This document shows, one piece after another, positions 37,301 through 61,250 of a stretch of 64,000 nt of DNA. Under the pieces are notes generated by a model that had not been told where the DNA came from, made no database searches, and was given only the letters and a program-made list of their open reading frames with translations. Source of the DNA: Macrostomum lignano (taxonomy: Eukaryota); NCBI GenBank assembly GCA_002269645.1, contig NIVC01000164.1, positions 62,001-126,000 of the forward strand. Direction: 5' to 3'. Position 1 is the stretch's first letter; every line of letters starts with the position of its first letter. A program made the position numbers and the translations under genes.

Positions 37301-40300
37301 CACACAATGGGGCAGCAGTGACACCCCCAATACACACAATGGGGCAGCAGTGACACCCCCAATACACACAATGGGGCACCACTGACCCCTCAAACACACA
37401 CAATGGGACAGCAGTGACCCCCCCCAAACACACACAAAGGGACAGCAGTGACCCCTCAAACATATACAATGGGACAGCAGTGACCCCTCAAACATATACA
37501 ATGGGACAGCAGTGACCCCTCAAACATACACAATGGGACAGCAGTGACCCCTCAAACATACACAATGGGACAGCAGTGACCCCTCAAACATACACAATGG
37601 GGCAGCACTGCAGCAGTGACCCCCCCCCCAAAACACACAATGGGGCAGCAGTGACACCCCCAACACACAATGGGGCACCAGTGACCCCTCAAACGTACAC
37701 AATGGGACAGCAGTGGTGAATACACGAAGGAATAAAATGGGATTAGTACCAAAGCATATAACAGGTTACTAGTGCAACTATTAGCTAGGCATCAGGTGCA
37801 GGCCAGAAACTCACGTGAAATGGCTGGGATTGGCCAGACTCTTCTTTCGCAAAGCCACAGAGGCCAGGCCGTATCGATCGGTCAGACCCGGGGAGAAAAA
37901 CGATTTCTTTCTAACTGCAATCTTCTTGCGCTCCTTCTCGGCCTTCTCTTTCAGAGCCAGCTGGCGAAACGCCTCGGTCAGGGTGGTCAATCGCTTGGAA
38001 TTGTCCTGCCTGAGCTCGGCGCCCTGGGCCAGGTTGCGCCACGGGACAGAGGGCGCCCGCTGGTCCGGTATGCCGCCGTCTCGTGTGGTCCAACTGATTG
38101 GCGTTATTAAAATTCAGATTCAGACTTTGTGATGATGGGTCGAAGCCGTCTGGCATCTCTGAGGTCTTTGTTGCTTGGCAGTAGCAACTCTATATAGTAG
38201 AGTATTTGTGCGACGGGTACCCACCCAATCCTAGTTGATATGGGTCTTTGTAAAGAGTACCTTTGCTCTAGTGTCTTTGTGCGACGGGTACCCACCTAGT
38301 TCATACGAGTCTTTGTGACGGGTACCCACCCAGTTCATACGAGTCTTTGTGACGGGTACCCACCCAGTTCATACGAGTCTTTGTGACGGGTACCCACCCA
38401 GTTCATACGAGTCTTTGTGACAGGTACCCACCCAGTTCATACGAGTCTTTGTGACGGGTACCCAACCAGTTCATACGAGTCTTTGTGACGGGTACCCACC
38501 CAGTTCATACGAGTCTTTGTGACGGGTACCCACCCAGTTCATACGAGTCTTTGTGACGGGTACCCACCCAGTTAGAGTGTGACATGCAGCCACCATGTCC
38601 CTAAAAGTCTTTGTGATAAATCTAAAATTCTCATGATGGGATATTTGGGACTTAGTTGACACATAATAAGGCCAATGAAGTAAATTAACATAAGACTCTG
38701 GGTGTATTGATATAGAATCTGATAAAGTACTTACCGACAGAATGCGCACAGCAGGTAATAGACTTTCTGAGCGACCTGTTTTGTTGGATCGTCGGGGCTT
38801 GGCAGAGTGGCAGAGGTGGCCCTAGTAGACAGGGTGTGGCCGCAGCTGGGACAGTCATAGCAGGCACTGCAGCGGTTCTTTTTTACCTTGGCCTCGCCAG
38901 ATGACATATAGTCTAGGCAGTTAGGGCAGTATTGGCAGTCCACCTGTTGAGCATATGTTGGAGGGACAAGAAGTGTAAGAAATAGTAAGCTAGCCTGGCA
39001 GCAAAATGTAATTCATAGTCATAAAGATGAATTAGAGACAGATTTTGTATTAGAGACAGGCAGCTATATACACACTCAATCCCACCTGTTGTCTTCATGA
39101 TCTCTGTATATTAAGCTGTATACCAAGGGGTATGCAAGGCCCCTCTATATAACAATTATGCCAACAGTTAATGCCAGATCACTCTATATGCTAGAATTAT
39201 TCAACATTTATATCATCTGATTAAGTACAGTATTTCAAATCTTAATTTATAGGGACTAGAATATCTTTTCAATTTTCATTTATGATACACATTTAAATTA
39301 ATTTAGAAATCTTTAATTTTGGCCTTTGGACCACTTGGTTAATAAATATAAAAATATCTTTACATAAGCAACAAGCCTAAGCTTAGTTTTTTTAGAATAC
39401 AATGTCAATGGTTCAATTACATATCATTCTCAAATAGAAAATTGTATTGCTTTATTAAATAGTAGATATCAAAAGTGGTTCTTAGAAGTCTAGCATAAGT
39501 AGCTTCGATTTTCCATTCCTATGGGCTAATCAGTATCCATGTTTTAGCATTGTAAAGGAGGATGGTTTTTATGATAGCCTAGAAAAGCTGCCCACTGCAA
39601 GACAGTCCACCCTAGTGTGGATGTGCCCCAAGTGCTATGCCATGTCATCCATGATACTTGGTACAAGACTATTAAGATAAATAAACTCTTTGCATAAGGC
39701 AGCAATATTATACAACCTGCCTGTTTATACAATGGTAGTAGATTTAGCTGGGAGGTCTATTGGCACAGTTAGCTCCATTGTCTTTTTGGTATTCATGGGT
39801 AATCCAATTGTAACGGCCATTACTATCAACTAGTCTAGTAGGTGTTAGGATCCTTCAGCTATGTTAGACAATAGCACTAGGTCATCCATGTACACAAAGA
39901 TAGAGTTGGTTCTCAGGGTATTGCTTGCTTATTTTGCAGCAGAGAAAAAATCCTTTGGTCTTAGAGTTATCAAAGAGGCTAGTATATAGTATTTAGTCCT
40001 AGATAAGAAAAAACAAATGGGGCCAAGGTGTCCCCTTGGAGAATGCTAGAGGATATGTCAAAAAACTTAGAAAGGTCATCTAGTATCACAACTACTATCT
40101 AAGATTCTTAATACAGAGCTAACATTGCTATCAGTAGCTGCTCAACTATATGATATATGAGCAAAATGTTTATAATAACCTACCTCAAAACTAATTCAAA
40201 GGCCTTTAAGAAGTCCACAAAGTAAAGATGATAGTGAACTTATAGGATTGCAAAAATAATTGAGGCATAAAACCTAGTGGTTTGTTTGCTTTGGTTTTGC

Positions 40301-41848
40301 TCTGATTGTTTTCCCTATGGAAAAGAAAGAGACTTGAATAATTGCATGTTAAGGTGCTATATAATTTTATTTGTATTGATAGAACACATTCTAGAATCCA
40401 GAAAGTTTAAAAAGTAGTTTCTAGAAAGAGTGCGCAGGAGTTTAAAATACCAAATATAGTAAGTGAGTGTTTATGTAAAAGTTTCTAGAATACAAGTATT
40501 GTACCATACGCTATCTTATACCATGTATATGCATTGTTTAGTTGGAAAACTTTCTAGAATATGAGGATTTAAAGCATGTTATAAAATATCATAAAAAATA
40601 GAAATATGCTACAATACTTATAATATAGTGAATACACTACAAACTATTAGATGCAGGCCTCTGGTGCAACTTAGTTTTGTCTAGATTTGTGACTTAGTTT
40701 CTCCCAATTGCGACTTAGTTTCTCCTGATTGCAACTTAGTTCCTCTTGATTGTGATTTAATTTTCACATTGTATATGACTTTTCTTGCCTTTTACTCTTT
40801 TTTCTAGATTTCTTTCTTTCTCTACTCTTTCTCCTCTCTTTCTTTTCCTTCCTTTCTTTTCCTCTCCTTTCTTTTTTGGCAATTGTTATTTGTCCAATAA
40901 CCGGATAAATAGCCTTTTTACTATTTGTCTAGTTAAATTGCTAACATAAGTATCTATTGGTTTCATGATGAATATTCTAGTTTTTAAGACCTTTTCTTAT
41001 ATACTGATTAATATTTTCTTATATACTAGTAAGCAAAGCAATTTATTCAATTTGGCATAATTTGGCATACACACACTAGTATAACAACATAATAATCAAG
41101 ATATGAGTAAGAAGTATTTGAAGTCTAGGAATGTTTACCCATGATGTAGTTTCTATGAAATAGATATTTTAGCATTATCAATTTAATTAGACAAATAGCA
41201 AAATGCCTATTTGTCTGGTATTAACTGGATGAATAGGAAAGCATGGTCATTAGCCTATCCAGTAACCAGACAAATAACCACATCGCTATTCCTCTGGTCA
41301 CTGGACAAATAACAACTACTTTCTTTTTTCCTCTAATTTTTTGTTTTTTGCATTTTTAATTTTGTGATTTACCTTGGCCAGCAGCCATTTTGCTTGTCCA
41401 ATTTGGACAGGTTAGATGGGTGTTGGGCATGTTTATATTGGTGTAGTTGGTTGTTGTTGCTGTTGATTAATAATTTTATATAGGCCTAATAAACAAATGG
41501 AAGTTATTATGACTATTCAAATACAGATCAGCAAAAGCATACAAACGACGATTTGCATAGCCTATGCTATATGATATGGCAATAGTCAATACAACAATAC
41601 TAAATTAAATATTATAGTCAATAAAATAGTCAATAGTCAATACAGTCAATGTAATGTTGCAATATTATGCAGAATTTTTAGTAAAAAATTCTATACTTAG
41701 AGTAACTGAAAATGCATACCTCTGGAAGTACACAATCTTGACATCGAAGTTCAAAACAGTGTTTGCATAGATAAAGGCGGCATAAAGGCTTGCTAACTTT
41801 GCACGAGCAAATGTAATGCACTACGTCTAGATTTAAATATGTAGCCAT
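34377..41848 (-). CDS. DCTN4: Dynactin subunit 4 (p62); exons 41848-41720, 38943-38735, 38093-37815, 35703-35332, 34794-34377 (468 aa)
   Basis: Motifs [67 protein letters not shown] and LLLTNP. All junctions are GT-AG and phase-compatible. Confidence 0.95.
34985..35285. repeat. Minisatellite (about 33-35 bp) in DCTN4 intron 4
   Basis: Unit approximately ATCCCAAAAAATCCCCATCCCACACTATACAT. Confidence 0.8.
35760..36720. repeat. 14-bp tandem array with an inverted tail, in DCTN4 intron 3
   Basis: Unit TCGAAGCTTCACAA / TCGAAACTTCACAA, about 60 copies. An inverted unit (TCGAGCTTGTGAAA) follows near 36677. Confidence 0.9.
37245..37715. repeat. 32-bp minisatellite in DCTN4 intron 3
   Basis: Unit CATACACAATGGGACAGCAGTGACCCCTCAAA. 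Confidence 0.9.
38205..38575. repeat. 34-bp minisatellite in DCTN4 intron 2
   Basis: Unit GTTCATACGAGTCTTTGTGACGGGTACCCACCCA; period confirmed at 38301 and 38335. Confidence 0.92.
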
Positions 41849-43089
41849 CGTTCTAATGTAGTTAGACTCTGGAGCAAGTTAACACAATTTTCTGCTGTCA
41901 GAGTCAGAGTGAGCAGAAGTAATACTAATTTATGCCAAATTTCTAGTTAAGTAGTTTTATATGCAGTGCACATGTGGTTGCGAGTTCTTAGTTTTTTAAT
42001 GCAAAGTGCAGGTCGATTACGTTTCGTAGAAAATTCACAAATTTAAATAATACGAAATAAAAGTTTAACTAAAAAGTCTGCATTTAAATGATAACAAGAT
42101 TTTTAATGTCCTGTTTTTGCCAAAATGATAAAATCGACCAGTAACTTGCAAATTACCTGTTCGTTTAAAACAAATAGGTAGTTAAACAGTTTTCGATAAG
42201 CAATGCTGAATATCGCTAAAATACAAATGTATATCGCAACGGATAACAAGTAATCTTAAGGGCAATTTATTTTCGACTAAATACATCACCACTTCTCAAG
42301 TGCGCAGCCAGGAAAATAATTTATTTGGGAATGTAGCTTTTATTGTGAAAACGTGCCAATGGGGGGCCGCCGCGTTGTGTGTGGTATAGTAGCTCCAGCT
42401 CTAGCTCCGTCGTCTTTGAGGTTGCTTTAACTGCCATTGTGAGGTGCCCAGTAAGCCGAATTAGAGGGCGCCATAGCAGGACGCAAAAGCTGTGCTCGAT
42501 CGGGAGCTTCTTTCTTTTCGGTAAGAGACACCAAAGCTAATATAAGCTTCACATACATTGTCGTACGTACAGCATGACAGTTTGATAGAACTGCAAAAAA
42601 TGGGAACAACAGGGGTACCAAACCTGCTGGGCCGCGGTTTCCTAAACCTCGGTTGTACGCAGGGACTACTAAATAACTAGGGATGGGAAACTAAAAAAGT
42701 TGGAGGCCGATCTGTTTCCGCGAAGTCAATCGATTGCTTTACAAATATCTACTTTTACATTGCATCGACGACGTGGATAGCGACGTCAACTTCAACGTCA
42801 ACTTCAACGTTGCACCGAGATCACCACCGCACTAGCAATAATTTGCCTAAGAGTAAAACTTAAAACATTTTTCTTGGAGTTTATATTGATTATGATAAAC
42901 TCCACGTACGTGATGTCTTACTGATCATGTACATGTACACATGATCATGATCATCTGAGGACGCACTTTTCCCAAATTTTACGCTCGCACATAGGCTCCA
43001 AACTTGCTAGCCTACTAACAGCAGGCTATGGGCATTTTTCTTCTTTCTATGTAATTTTCCTAGAGCTCATACTCGTAGGACTCGTATGA

Positions 43090-44975
43090 ATCTGCCATAT
43101 TTGTAGCTATGATAACATAGGTGCGGTTTTTGCTACTTTTGGGGTCATAAATCATTGCTTATGAGCTGGTCTGACAGCCACCTGCGCCTAACTCAGTGCT
43201 GAGGCTGGCGCCAGATGGTCTGAGAGGATGCGGGCGGTAGCTTTTTTCTCATCATCTTTGACAGGCCATCAGATTTATGAGGTCAGAGTCTATTGTTCGT
43301 GTTCACTCAAGCGTTTGACAGCTTTGACAGCTATGCGTTTTACCCCTAAAAAGTACTTTGGGATTAGCGATTAGCGATTCCTCTTCACCATCTTCACTTT
43401 CTACGTAATAAGATCTTTCTAATGCATATTTTTGTTATTAATTTTTGTCATTCCTACGCGAAAGGTCATAAATCATTATGTAGCGACTTTTGAGTAATTT
43501 ATGACTGCACCTGCTGGCGTATTTTGATGGCCCCGAGGGAACTGATAGGATCCTCTGGTCACGTGAGTTTGGGTGGCAACAAGCTCAGCCAATCTGAAAA
43601 TTCGACGTCAGTTATAACAAACCGGCTCAGCCAATCAGCATCGATGTGTTCCATTATAACAAATTGCGGTCCAGTTGGCGGCTATAAAAACCGGCGTTTT
43701 TGGCCCGCTCAGACTTAATTCCTTGTCTGGTCATCTGTCACCTGACACCCGGCTGCTACACGCGACCGTTGTCTCTTGATCCCCGGATCGCGACTCCCCC
43801 CGTCATCATCAAGGACGAATCCCCCCGGTCGTCAGCAGCGAACATCAAAGTTAAGAACATCACCTGCTAGCTATCTGCGAAGATTGTGACATCAGCATCA
43901 TCCCGGGTCTACAGCTGCAAAGCACTAAGCCCGCGATCAGGTCACTGTGGATTACCTGGTCTCCGGCTGTTGAGTTTCTGATTGGTTGGGTGAGAGGCTG
44001 CCTAGACTTGCTTGATTTGGGTGATTCCCTATCTGTCCCCTGTTTCAGTAGCTGGATTAGGCGCACACTTTTGCTCAAATTGTTCAGTAGTGCTGTTATT
44101 GAGGCAGAGGTCATTCAATAATACTCTTATAGTCTGAAACTCCAATTCAATCTGAGGTGTGTAGTGAATAAGTGAGAAGGTTAAATCTGGCAGTTATTTT
44201 TATCGGTTTTATTTCTTTGTTCGCCGATGGCTCAGATGAGAGGCTAAGCTACATGTAGTAGGTGCCGGTCGTAGTGGACCAATGGCAAGGCGGTTCTCAG
44301 TCGATCAATCTATCAAATCAGTGAGCAAAATTGCTAATAGTGCAGAATCGGCGCTAGCGATGTACTCTGTGCACTCTAGATTCGCCAAGCGGCTCGGGTA
44401 AAGAATCATGCGGTCTCCGATGTTCGAGTTAGCCTATCATCAGCGCTACGAGAGGCTAGTTGGCGCGTTGAAAGCCAAAAGTACAATTCCTCGTATTTAG
44501 CAATGTAATAGTACATGTAACTACCCCATAGTCTCGCCACTACAAGAATCCCCTGTACAAGTCCCCTCTGTGCCTGCATGGCCAATGCGATCTAGTCCCA
44601 GCAGTGTCCCTAATCATCGGCTATGACTTCGAGACTGATAGCAAAAAGACACTAGTTGGCAGGTAAGTGCAAAGCCCCCTAGTCGGAAGCCCGATTTCGA
44701 AAGTTCGGTTTGGTGAGCCAGGACGCACGGGCTGGTGGCAGCGGGTTAGTTAATCTGCGGATTAGCTAATCTCTACCTTCAAAATTCTCCCTGCTTGTCT
44801 CTCGCTGTCCCTCTCTTAGCTATAGGACCTAGACTGCTCGCCACACGATCAAGCTACCATGGGGCTGACCATCTGACAGGAGTGGGGGGCCAGGACTCTA
44901 ATTGATTTATTTCTGAGAGACCTGAGGCCCGAAGGCTTCCCGAAAGGGGCCGAAAAGGCCGAAAACCCATCAATG
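43090..44975 (+). mobile_element. Unclassified dispersed repeat of about 1.8 kb, copy B
   Basis: Homologous to 26450-28200. CCAAT at 43589 and 43631, TATAAAA at 43683, donor GTAAGT at 44663, acceptor at 44818-44819. Confidence 0.65.
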
Positions 44976-45633
44976 ATGTAAGTCACATGCAGGTTGCTCC
45001 ACTTAAACTGGATTTTACAATACGCAGAAAAGATGCGCGACGATCGAAGCACATCGCGCCAAAATCATACGCGTTCGTACATGTAAATTAGTTTTTGTAC
45101 ATACTGCTGTATTTTTTCGTTAACTTTTGACTGGTAATGATGGTAAAATTAATTACCTACAGGATAAAAACTCAACTTTCAATAAGTCAGGCCGCGCAGT
45201 GCAGTGTAATTGTGTACTGGTTACAAATCGTTACTTAACTATTCAGCTGGTTTAAATCTAAATAGAAGAAGCCACACGCCATCAAGTCTGAATAACGGAT
45301 TGCATTAAGGCAACACTACGTAGTTATAACTGATATAACTATAAATTCACTCTAACGCAATACTAGCTAACCTGGAATTCGAAAAGGTCTGCATGGCATA
45401 CGTGTAGCACTCACTCATAAGTCATCACAGAATATACACAGAATGCCAAATCGAGCGATTTCCATGAAGCCGAATTAAAATTCGTGTGCACTACTCTTGT
45501 TGTGAAGTCTATGGCCAGTAGTATAAATTCTGTGTAAGTCATAATGCACAGCAGTAAAGCTCGTAGCATGCATGTTGAGATTTTTTTTAAATTTGCAGAC
45601 GACTTCAGACATTGTAGCTACAAAGGATTAGGA

Positions 45634-55769
<10,136 letters not shown>

Positions 55770-57003
55770 GTGATCATCAATTCGCTTGCTGAAAAATTTA
55801 CAAAATATTTCTTGGTAGATTGAGCGATTTGCTGCTATGGACAAAAAGCTGGCATTTAAAAGTTGCACTTGATTTTTATAGCATGTAATTTTGTTCGTAT
55901 TAAATATACTGCAGCAATATACTATAAAAATGTGACGTTACATCACGTATGCAAATAAATATTTTTATACAAAGAACAAATTATTTCGAGCATGCAACTA
56001 GCTGTGTCACGCCTGTGTGCTATCGATGGAAGCATAATATACTATACTTATCAGGTACTGACTATAGCCCTTGGTCATATTAATTATGAACGAGTACTTA
56101 CCTTTAATGGTGTATCAAACCGGTATATAATGTTATCGAAAGACTGAAGTACGCCTTTGGCTAGGGGCAATAAAATATGACACTTGGCGTGTTAAATATT
56201 GCAAATGACGCTTATGTATAAACAATTGCAAATGTATTTAGAATATTTTAGAAAATATTGTAAATTCTGTAGATTTTTGTTAAGATACATCTAATATACT
56301 AAAAACTATTTGTATTACGCTATAACTATGAGTGTTAAAACTTTGTTTTATTTACTTATATCATATTTCTAAATTTAGAAATATCTCGGAAATCCGCAGA
56401 TTTTGCGAATGGTCCCATCCTATCTTATTGGGCCCTATCCCACGCCACGCGTATGTGCTGTACTTTTGTCGTAGGACTTAAAAGTGTGTAAGTGTTAAAG
56501 CTATTGTCCAAGACCTTGGTTAAGTTAAATACAGTTTAAAACCGTCCCTGTATATAAGCCTTTCCATTGGCATTATATCTAATCTACTTTACCTATAGTA
56601 TTAATTTATATCTTATAATGAAATTTTCCTATGGCTATAGTATAGTATTAGGCTATGTCTAGGGTTTTATCACCACAAAAGCATCAGTATGCTGTAATAC
56701 TATTTGGAGTACCTCTTTGGTGTACCATTTAAGTTTGAGGTTTATTTATTAATTAAAGTTTTGACAACATAATACTATAGGGCATAGGCCTATGCTATAT
56801 ATAATATAACTTAAATTGATAGAGAACTTAACAATATAATTTAATTTAAGCCTATATAATATATAGATATTAGGGCTTAAAAATAAACAGGAATTGAATT
56901 CAAGAGAAAATATTATTTAACAAATGATTATAGGCCTAATACTATACTATAAGATAGCCACATAATCTAGCTAATTCAAATTGATATGGTCCGGTGAGTC
57001 GTC

Positions 57004-57903
57004 ATGGCCGACGAAAGCGATCCGCAGCTATCGCAGCAGGCCGCAGCAGCCGCCGACAACAACCAGGCCCCGGTGCTCAACCCCACTGGGCAGCTACCTG
57101 TTCAACATACACCACCGATACTTGAGCCAAGCGTGTCCGCCGTGTCCGTTAAGGTTCCGCCGCTGTACCGGAACAATTCGGAAGCTTGGTTCCGGACCCT
57201 AGAGTCGCAATTCCACCTAGCGCGCATAACTTCGGACGAGACCAAGTACCACTACTTGGTTGCGCACCTGCCGGAGGATATCTCGTCGATGCTGATCACG
57301 ACATCAACGCCTCGACAGTACGAGCCGCTTAAAGCCGCCATCTCCAACCTTCTGCAGAAGAGTCAGCAGGAGAAGATCAACGAGATCCTGGCCACGTCCG
57401 ATCTAGGTGGCGACAAGCCCTCAATCTTCGTCAAGAAGCTCAGCGCCAAGATGGCTCAGTGCGGCATGGGCTCCTGCTCCGACATGCTCAAGGCGACTCT
57501 CATCCGCTGCCTGCCCAGTGAGCTACGAGTCGCACTATCAGGCTTCCAGCAGGAATCGCCAGAGAAGCTCGCTGAAATTGCTGATTTCATGGTCAGCTAC
57601 CAGAGCTCGGCAAGCTCAGTCAGCGCTGTACAGCCGACGCCACCGCCGACTATCAACTCCAGACGGGACGAGCTGCCACGCCGACAACTGCAGCCACAGA
57701 CAAGCGTCACCCCGTTCAAGCCAGGACAGCGTCCGGTCGTCTGCCGGGCCCACATCTACTACGGTGAACGCGCGCTTACCTGCCGACCGTGGTGTCGTTT
57801 CCCGTCCACCTTGGGTGGTAGGCGGCCGCGAATTCTGAGTACTCACGAAAAGACACCCGCACAGTCCAGGTCAGGCTCTCCGACACGTCAGCCGTCAAAC
57901 TAG
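57004..57903 (+). CDS. gag: Gag polyprotein
   Basis: Motifs VKVPPLY..NSEAWF..LESQF...[20 protein letters not shown] and a C-terminal C.AH..YG..A..C..WC typical of invertebrate gypsy Gag. Confidence 0.9.
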   Translation: MADESDPQLSQQAAAAADNNQAPVLNPTGQLPVQHTPPILEPSVSAVSVKVPPLYRNNSEAWFRTLESQFHLARITSDETKYHYLVAHLPEDISSMLITTSTPRQYEPLKAAISNLLQKSQQEKINEILATSDLGGDKPSIFVKKLSAKMAQCGMGSCSDMLKATLIRCLPSELRVALSGFQQESPEKLAEIADFMVSYQSSASSVSAVQPTPPPTINSRRDELPRRQLQPQTSVTPFKPGQRPVVCRAHIYYGERALTCRPWCRFPSTLGGRRPRILSTHEKTPAQSRSGSPTRQPSN

Positions 57904-60900
57904 AGGGCACTGCCCAACCTGCCGCAGTGAGCAGTGCATCATCCCCGGCGGCGAGCAAGAAATTCCTGGTGGTGGATATCAAGATAGACAGCAAGTACTA
58001 CCCGTTCCTGGTCGATACCGGCGCAGCAGTGTCGATAATTCCGCAGAAGCAATTCCACCGGGACCTTCAGGAGACCGGATTTCGCCTGACCACCGCCACC
58101 GGTGCATCGATACCGGTCGCTGGAGAGATCTCGCTCGACGTCAACATCCGAGGACTCCGTCGTGAATTCCGCTGGACGTTCCTGGTCGCATCCGTCGTGC
58201 AACCTATCCTGGGGTACGACTTCCTCAGTTATTTCGAATTGATCGTCGACTGCAAGGGGCGTCGACTAGTTGACCCTACAACGAGACTACATACGCCATC
58301 TCTGCCGGTTACCGCAGTGGACCTCGATGAACTCGCCGTGTCGCTGGCGTATCCAGACCACTGCGATCCTCGTGTACGCGCACTCATCGATCGTTACCGC
58401 AGCACCTTCACGTACGTCGAAGGAGGGAGGCTACCTCCGGCCACCGAAGTTAAACATGACACGAAGCACCACATCATCACGAGCGATAGACCACCGACGC
58501 ACGCCAAAGCCCGACAGCTGCATCCGGAGAAGCTCGCCATCGCCCGAGAAGAGTTTCGGCAACTCTTGGAAGCCGGGTACCTCCGGCCGTCGTCGAGCTC
58601 TTGGGCATCACCGCTGCACATGGCTCCTAAGAAGGACGATGGCAAACCCAATGGTAAGTGGCGACCCTGCGGAGACTATCGACAGCTAAACAAGATCACC
58701 CAGCCGGATCATTATCCCGTGCCTCATATCCAGTGTTTCACACGGTATCTCCACGGTGCCAAGGTTTTCTCCAAGCTGGATCTGGTGCGAGCCTATCATC
58801 AAATTCCAATCGCCGAAGAGGACATACCGAAGACAGCAATCATCACACCGTTCGGTCTTTACGAGTGGATTCGCATGCCTTTTGGTCTTCGTAATGCAGG
58901 TCAAACGTTTCAGCGATTCATTGACACTGTGCTCCGTGGCATCGACGGCGTGCTCGCCTACGTGGACGACTTGCTAGTCTACTCCAAGGACGAGGAAGAC
59001 CACCTCCGAGTGCTCGAAAGCGTACTCCGACGCCTTGAACAACACGGTTTGAAGGTCCAGCTCACCAAGTGTGCTTTCATGCAGAAGGAAATCACGTTTC
59101 TTGGACACCAGGTAACAGCAGACGGGATCCGGCCGCTCGAATCCAAGGTTGACGCCATCCGCGAGTGGCCGGCACCTCGCAACGCACAGGCCCTGCGCAG
59201 GTTCCTCGGCACAATCGGTTTCTACCGCCGCTTCATCCCGCATTTCAGCCACACCGCTGCACCGCTGCAAGACCTGGTCACCAAGTCACTCAAGGCGCCG
59301 CGCACGTACGAGTGGACATCGCAGCACGAGGACGCGTTCAATCAGCTGAAGGGTAAGCTAGCCGATCGTATCTTGCTTCACCATCCCGACCCGCAGTGTT
59401 CGTCCTACAGCCTGGTCACCGATGCCTCGGCAACCTGCGTGGGAGCCGCTCTACACCAAGCCGACGGTCAGTCGCCAGTCCCGCTCGGGCTGTTCAGCAA
59501 GACCCTTTCGCCGACGCAGCGAGCCTACTCTGCTTTCGATCGAGAACTCCTAGCAGTCTACCTGGCAGTTCTTCACTTCCGGAGCCTTATCGAGGGCCGT
59601 CAGGTCACGATCTTTACGGATCACAAGCCCCTTGTTCAGGCCTTCCACAGCGGCAGCCAGGGTACCTCCGACAGGAACCAGCGTTATCTGAGCATCATAT
59701 CCGAATACGTCACCGATGTGGTCTACATCCGCGGCCCTGACAATATAGTCGCTGACGCCCTATCAAGGTTATCCGAGTCCGGAGGTTCGCCGACGCAAAC
59801 GGTTGCAGCCGCAGAGGAGACATCCCTAGAGGAACCCGTCGACTTGCCAGCCATCGCCGCAGAGCAGAAACGAATCGGGATGCAACCAAGCAACAACTGC
59901 CGATTCTATGAGTTCGACGGAAAGCAGGCACTGTTGTGCGATACCTCCAGTCACTATCCTCGTCCAGTCGTCCCAGATTCGCTACAACAGCCGCTCATTC
60001 GGCAGTTCCACCAGCTTGGCCACTACGGCGTCCGCAAGACCGCCAGCCTGCTGACAACCCGATACTTCTGGCCGAACATGCGAGATGCCATCAAACAGTT
60101 CTGTCGAGCATGCGCAACCTGCCAACGAACTAAGATTGGGCGCCACACGACGGCCGGCAGTTCTGCGTTCGACCTACCATCGAAACGACTCGAAGTTGTG
60201 CACATCGACATCGTCGGTCCGCTGCCTGTACCCGACCGGAAGTACGACATCTCCTGCGGTCTCACTCCTCGTTACCTACTCACGATGGTCGACCGTAGCA
60301 CCAGCTGGATCGAGGCCACGCCGCTGGAATCCGTCACCGCAGAGAGTGTAGCCTCAGCATTCATATCTACCTGGATTTCGCGTTTTGGAGTTCCGCTGTA
60401 CATCGTCACCGACCGAGGACCGCAGTTCGAAGCCGAGTTTTTCAACCGAGTCGCTAAGGACATCGGATTTCACCGACTGCGCACAACAGCATATCACCCG
60501 CAGACGAACGGGAAAGTGGAGCGGGACCACCGCACCCTGAAAGCCATTCTGAAGGCTCGCGGGAACTCCTGGCTGGAGAATCTTCCTCTAGCGCTACTTG
60601 CGATGCGCATCTCACCAAACGACGACGGCATAAGCCCATTCACTCGTCTGACCGGAGAACACCCGATGATGCCGCGCGTCCTGACGACAGCCGAGGATCC
60701 AACACCCGAGATGATTCGACTGCGCCTGGATAACCTGCTTGACGACACGAGACCTCTACCAGATCGGCCTACGCACATCCCGAGCGACCTCGAGACAGCC
60801 GAGAAGGTTTGGGTCCGAGTCGACCGAACAAGGAAGCCTTTGGAAGCACCGTACCAAGGTCCCTACCCGGTAGTGAAGCGACTGCCGAAGTTTTTCATCA

Positions 60901-61250
60901 TCGAAACAGCCGCAGGACGTCAGGAGTCGGTCTCCATCGACCGCCTGAAGCCTTGTCGATCAACACCGCAGTCTGCACCTGAGAGACGAAGAGCATCTCC
61001 GACAGCCGACCCTCCCAACAGCGAGTCGACGATGCCACAGGAATCAACATCTCAGTCGGGCACCAGGGAAGACGACATTAGCGACCTTAGCACGACAGCA
61101 CCGACGGAGGCAGGTTCGCAGCAGACAGAGCCGGAGCGAACCAGGACGCGAACCGCGGTCCATCAGCAGCAACCACCACCATCACCAGTACGTACCAGGA
61201 GCGGCCGTAGAGTGCAATTTAAACCTAAAAATGACTATTTCTACTTTTGA
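57897..61250 (+). CDS. pol: Pol polyprotein (protease, RT, RNase H, integrase), in the -1 frame relative to gag
   Basis: FLVDTGA (protease), YVDD (RT), VTDAS/DRELLA/TDHKPL (RNase H), H..GH..C..CQ zinc finger, HIDIVGP/TDRGPQF/GKVER (DDE integrase) and GPY motif. No stops or frameshifts. Confidence 0.95.
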   Translation, partial: KLEGTAQPAAVSSASSPAASKKFLVVDIKIDSKYYPFLVDTGAAVSIIPQKQFHRDLQETGFRLTTATGASIPVAGEISLDVNIRGLRREFRWTFLVASVVQPILGYDFLSYFELIVDCKGRRLVDPTTRLHTPSLPVTAVDLDELAVSLAYPDHCDPRVRALIDRYRSTFTYVEGGRLPPATEVKHDTKHHIITSDRPPTHAKARQLHPEKLAIAREEFRQLLEAGYLRPSSSSWASPLHMAPKKDDGKPNGKWRPCGDYRQLNKITQPDHYPVPHIQCFTRYLHGAKVFSKLDLVRAYHQIPIAEEDIPKTAIITPFGLYEWIRMPFGLRNAGQTFQRFIDTVLRGIDGVLAYVDDLLVYSKDEEDHLRVLESVLRRLEQHGLKVQLTKCAFMQKEITFLGHQVTADGIRPLESKVDAIREWPAPRNAQALRRFLGTIGFYRRFIPHFSHTAAPLQDLVTKSLKAPRTYEWTSQHEDAFNQLKGKLADRILLHHPDPQCSSYSLVTDASATCVGAALHQADGQSPVPLGLFSKTLSPTQRAYSAFDRELLAVYLAVLHFRSLIEGRQVTIFTDHKPLVQAFHSGSQGTSDRNQRYLSIISEYVTDVVYIRGPDNIVADALSRLSESGGSPTQTVAAAEETSLEEPVDLPAIAAEQKRIGMQPSNNCRFYEFDGKQALLCDTSSHYPRPVVPDSLQQPLIRQFHQLGHYGVRKTASLLTTRYFWPNMRDAIKQFCRACATCQRTKIGRHTTAGSSAFDLPSKRLEVVHIDIVGPLPVPDRKYDISCGLTPRYLLTMVDRSTSWIEATPLESVTAESVASAFISTWISRFGVPLYIVTDRGPQFEAEFFNRVAKDIGFHRLRTTAYHPQTNGKVERDHRTLKAILKARGNSWLENLPLALLAMRISPNDDGISPFTRLTGEHPMMPRVLTTAEDPTPEMIRLRLDNLLDDTRPLPDRPTHIPSDLETAEKVWVRVDRTRKPLEAPYQGPYPVVKRLPKFFIIETAAGRQESVSIDRLKPCRSTPQSAPERRRASPTADPPNSESTMPQESTSQSGTREDDISDLSTTAPTEAGSQQTEPERTRTRTAVHQQQPPPSPVRTRSGRRVQFKPKNDYFYF

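Noticed and set aside
42427-42621. 64-aa ORF upstream of DCTN4 considered as its first exon
   Set aside because: The true first coding exon is 41848-41720 (MATYLN..CVLPE), and this ORF shows no homology.
44915-44990. Hammerhead-ribozyme-like GGCC...GGCCGAAA at the end of the 1.8-kb repeat
   Set aside because: The CUGANGA core is incomplete in both copies and no conserved stem III pairing was found. At most it is a degenerate relic, which a covariance-model search across copies could test.
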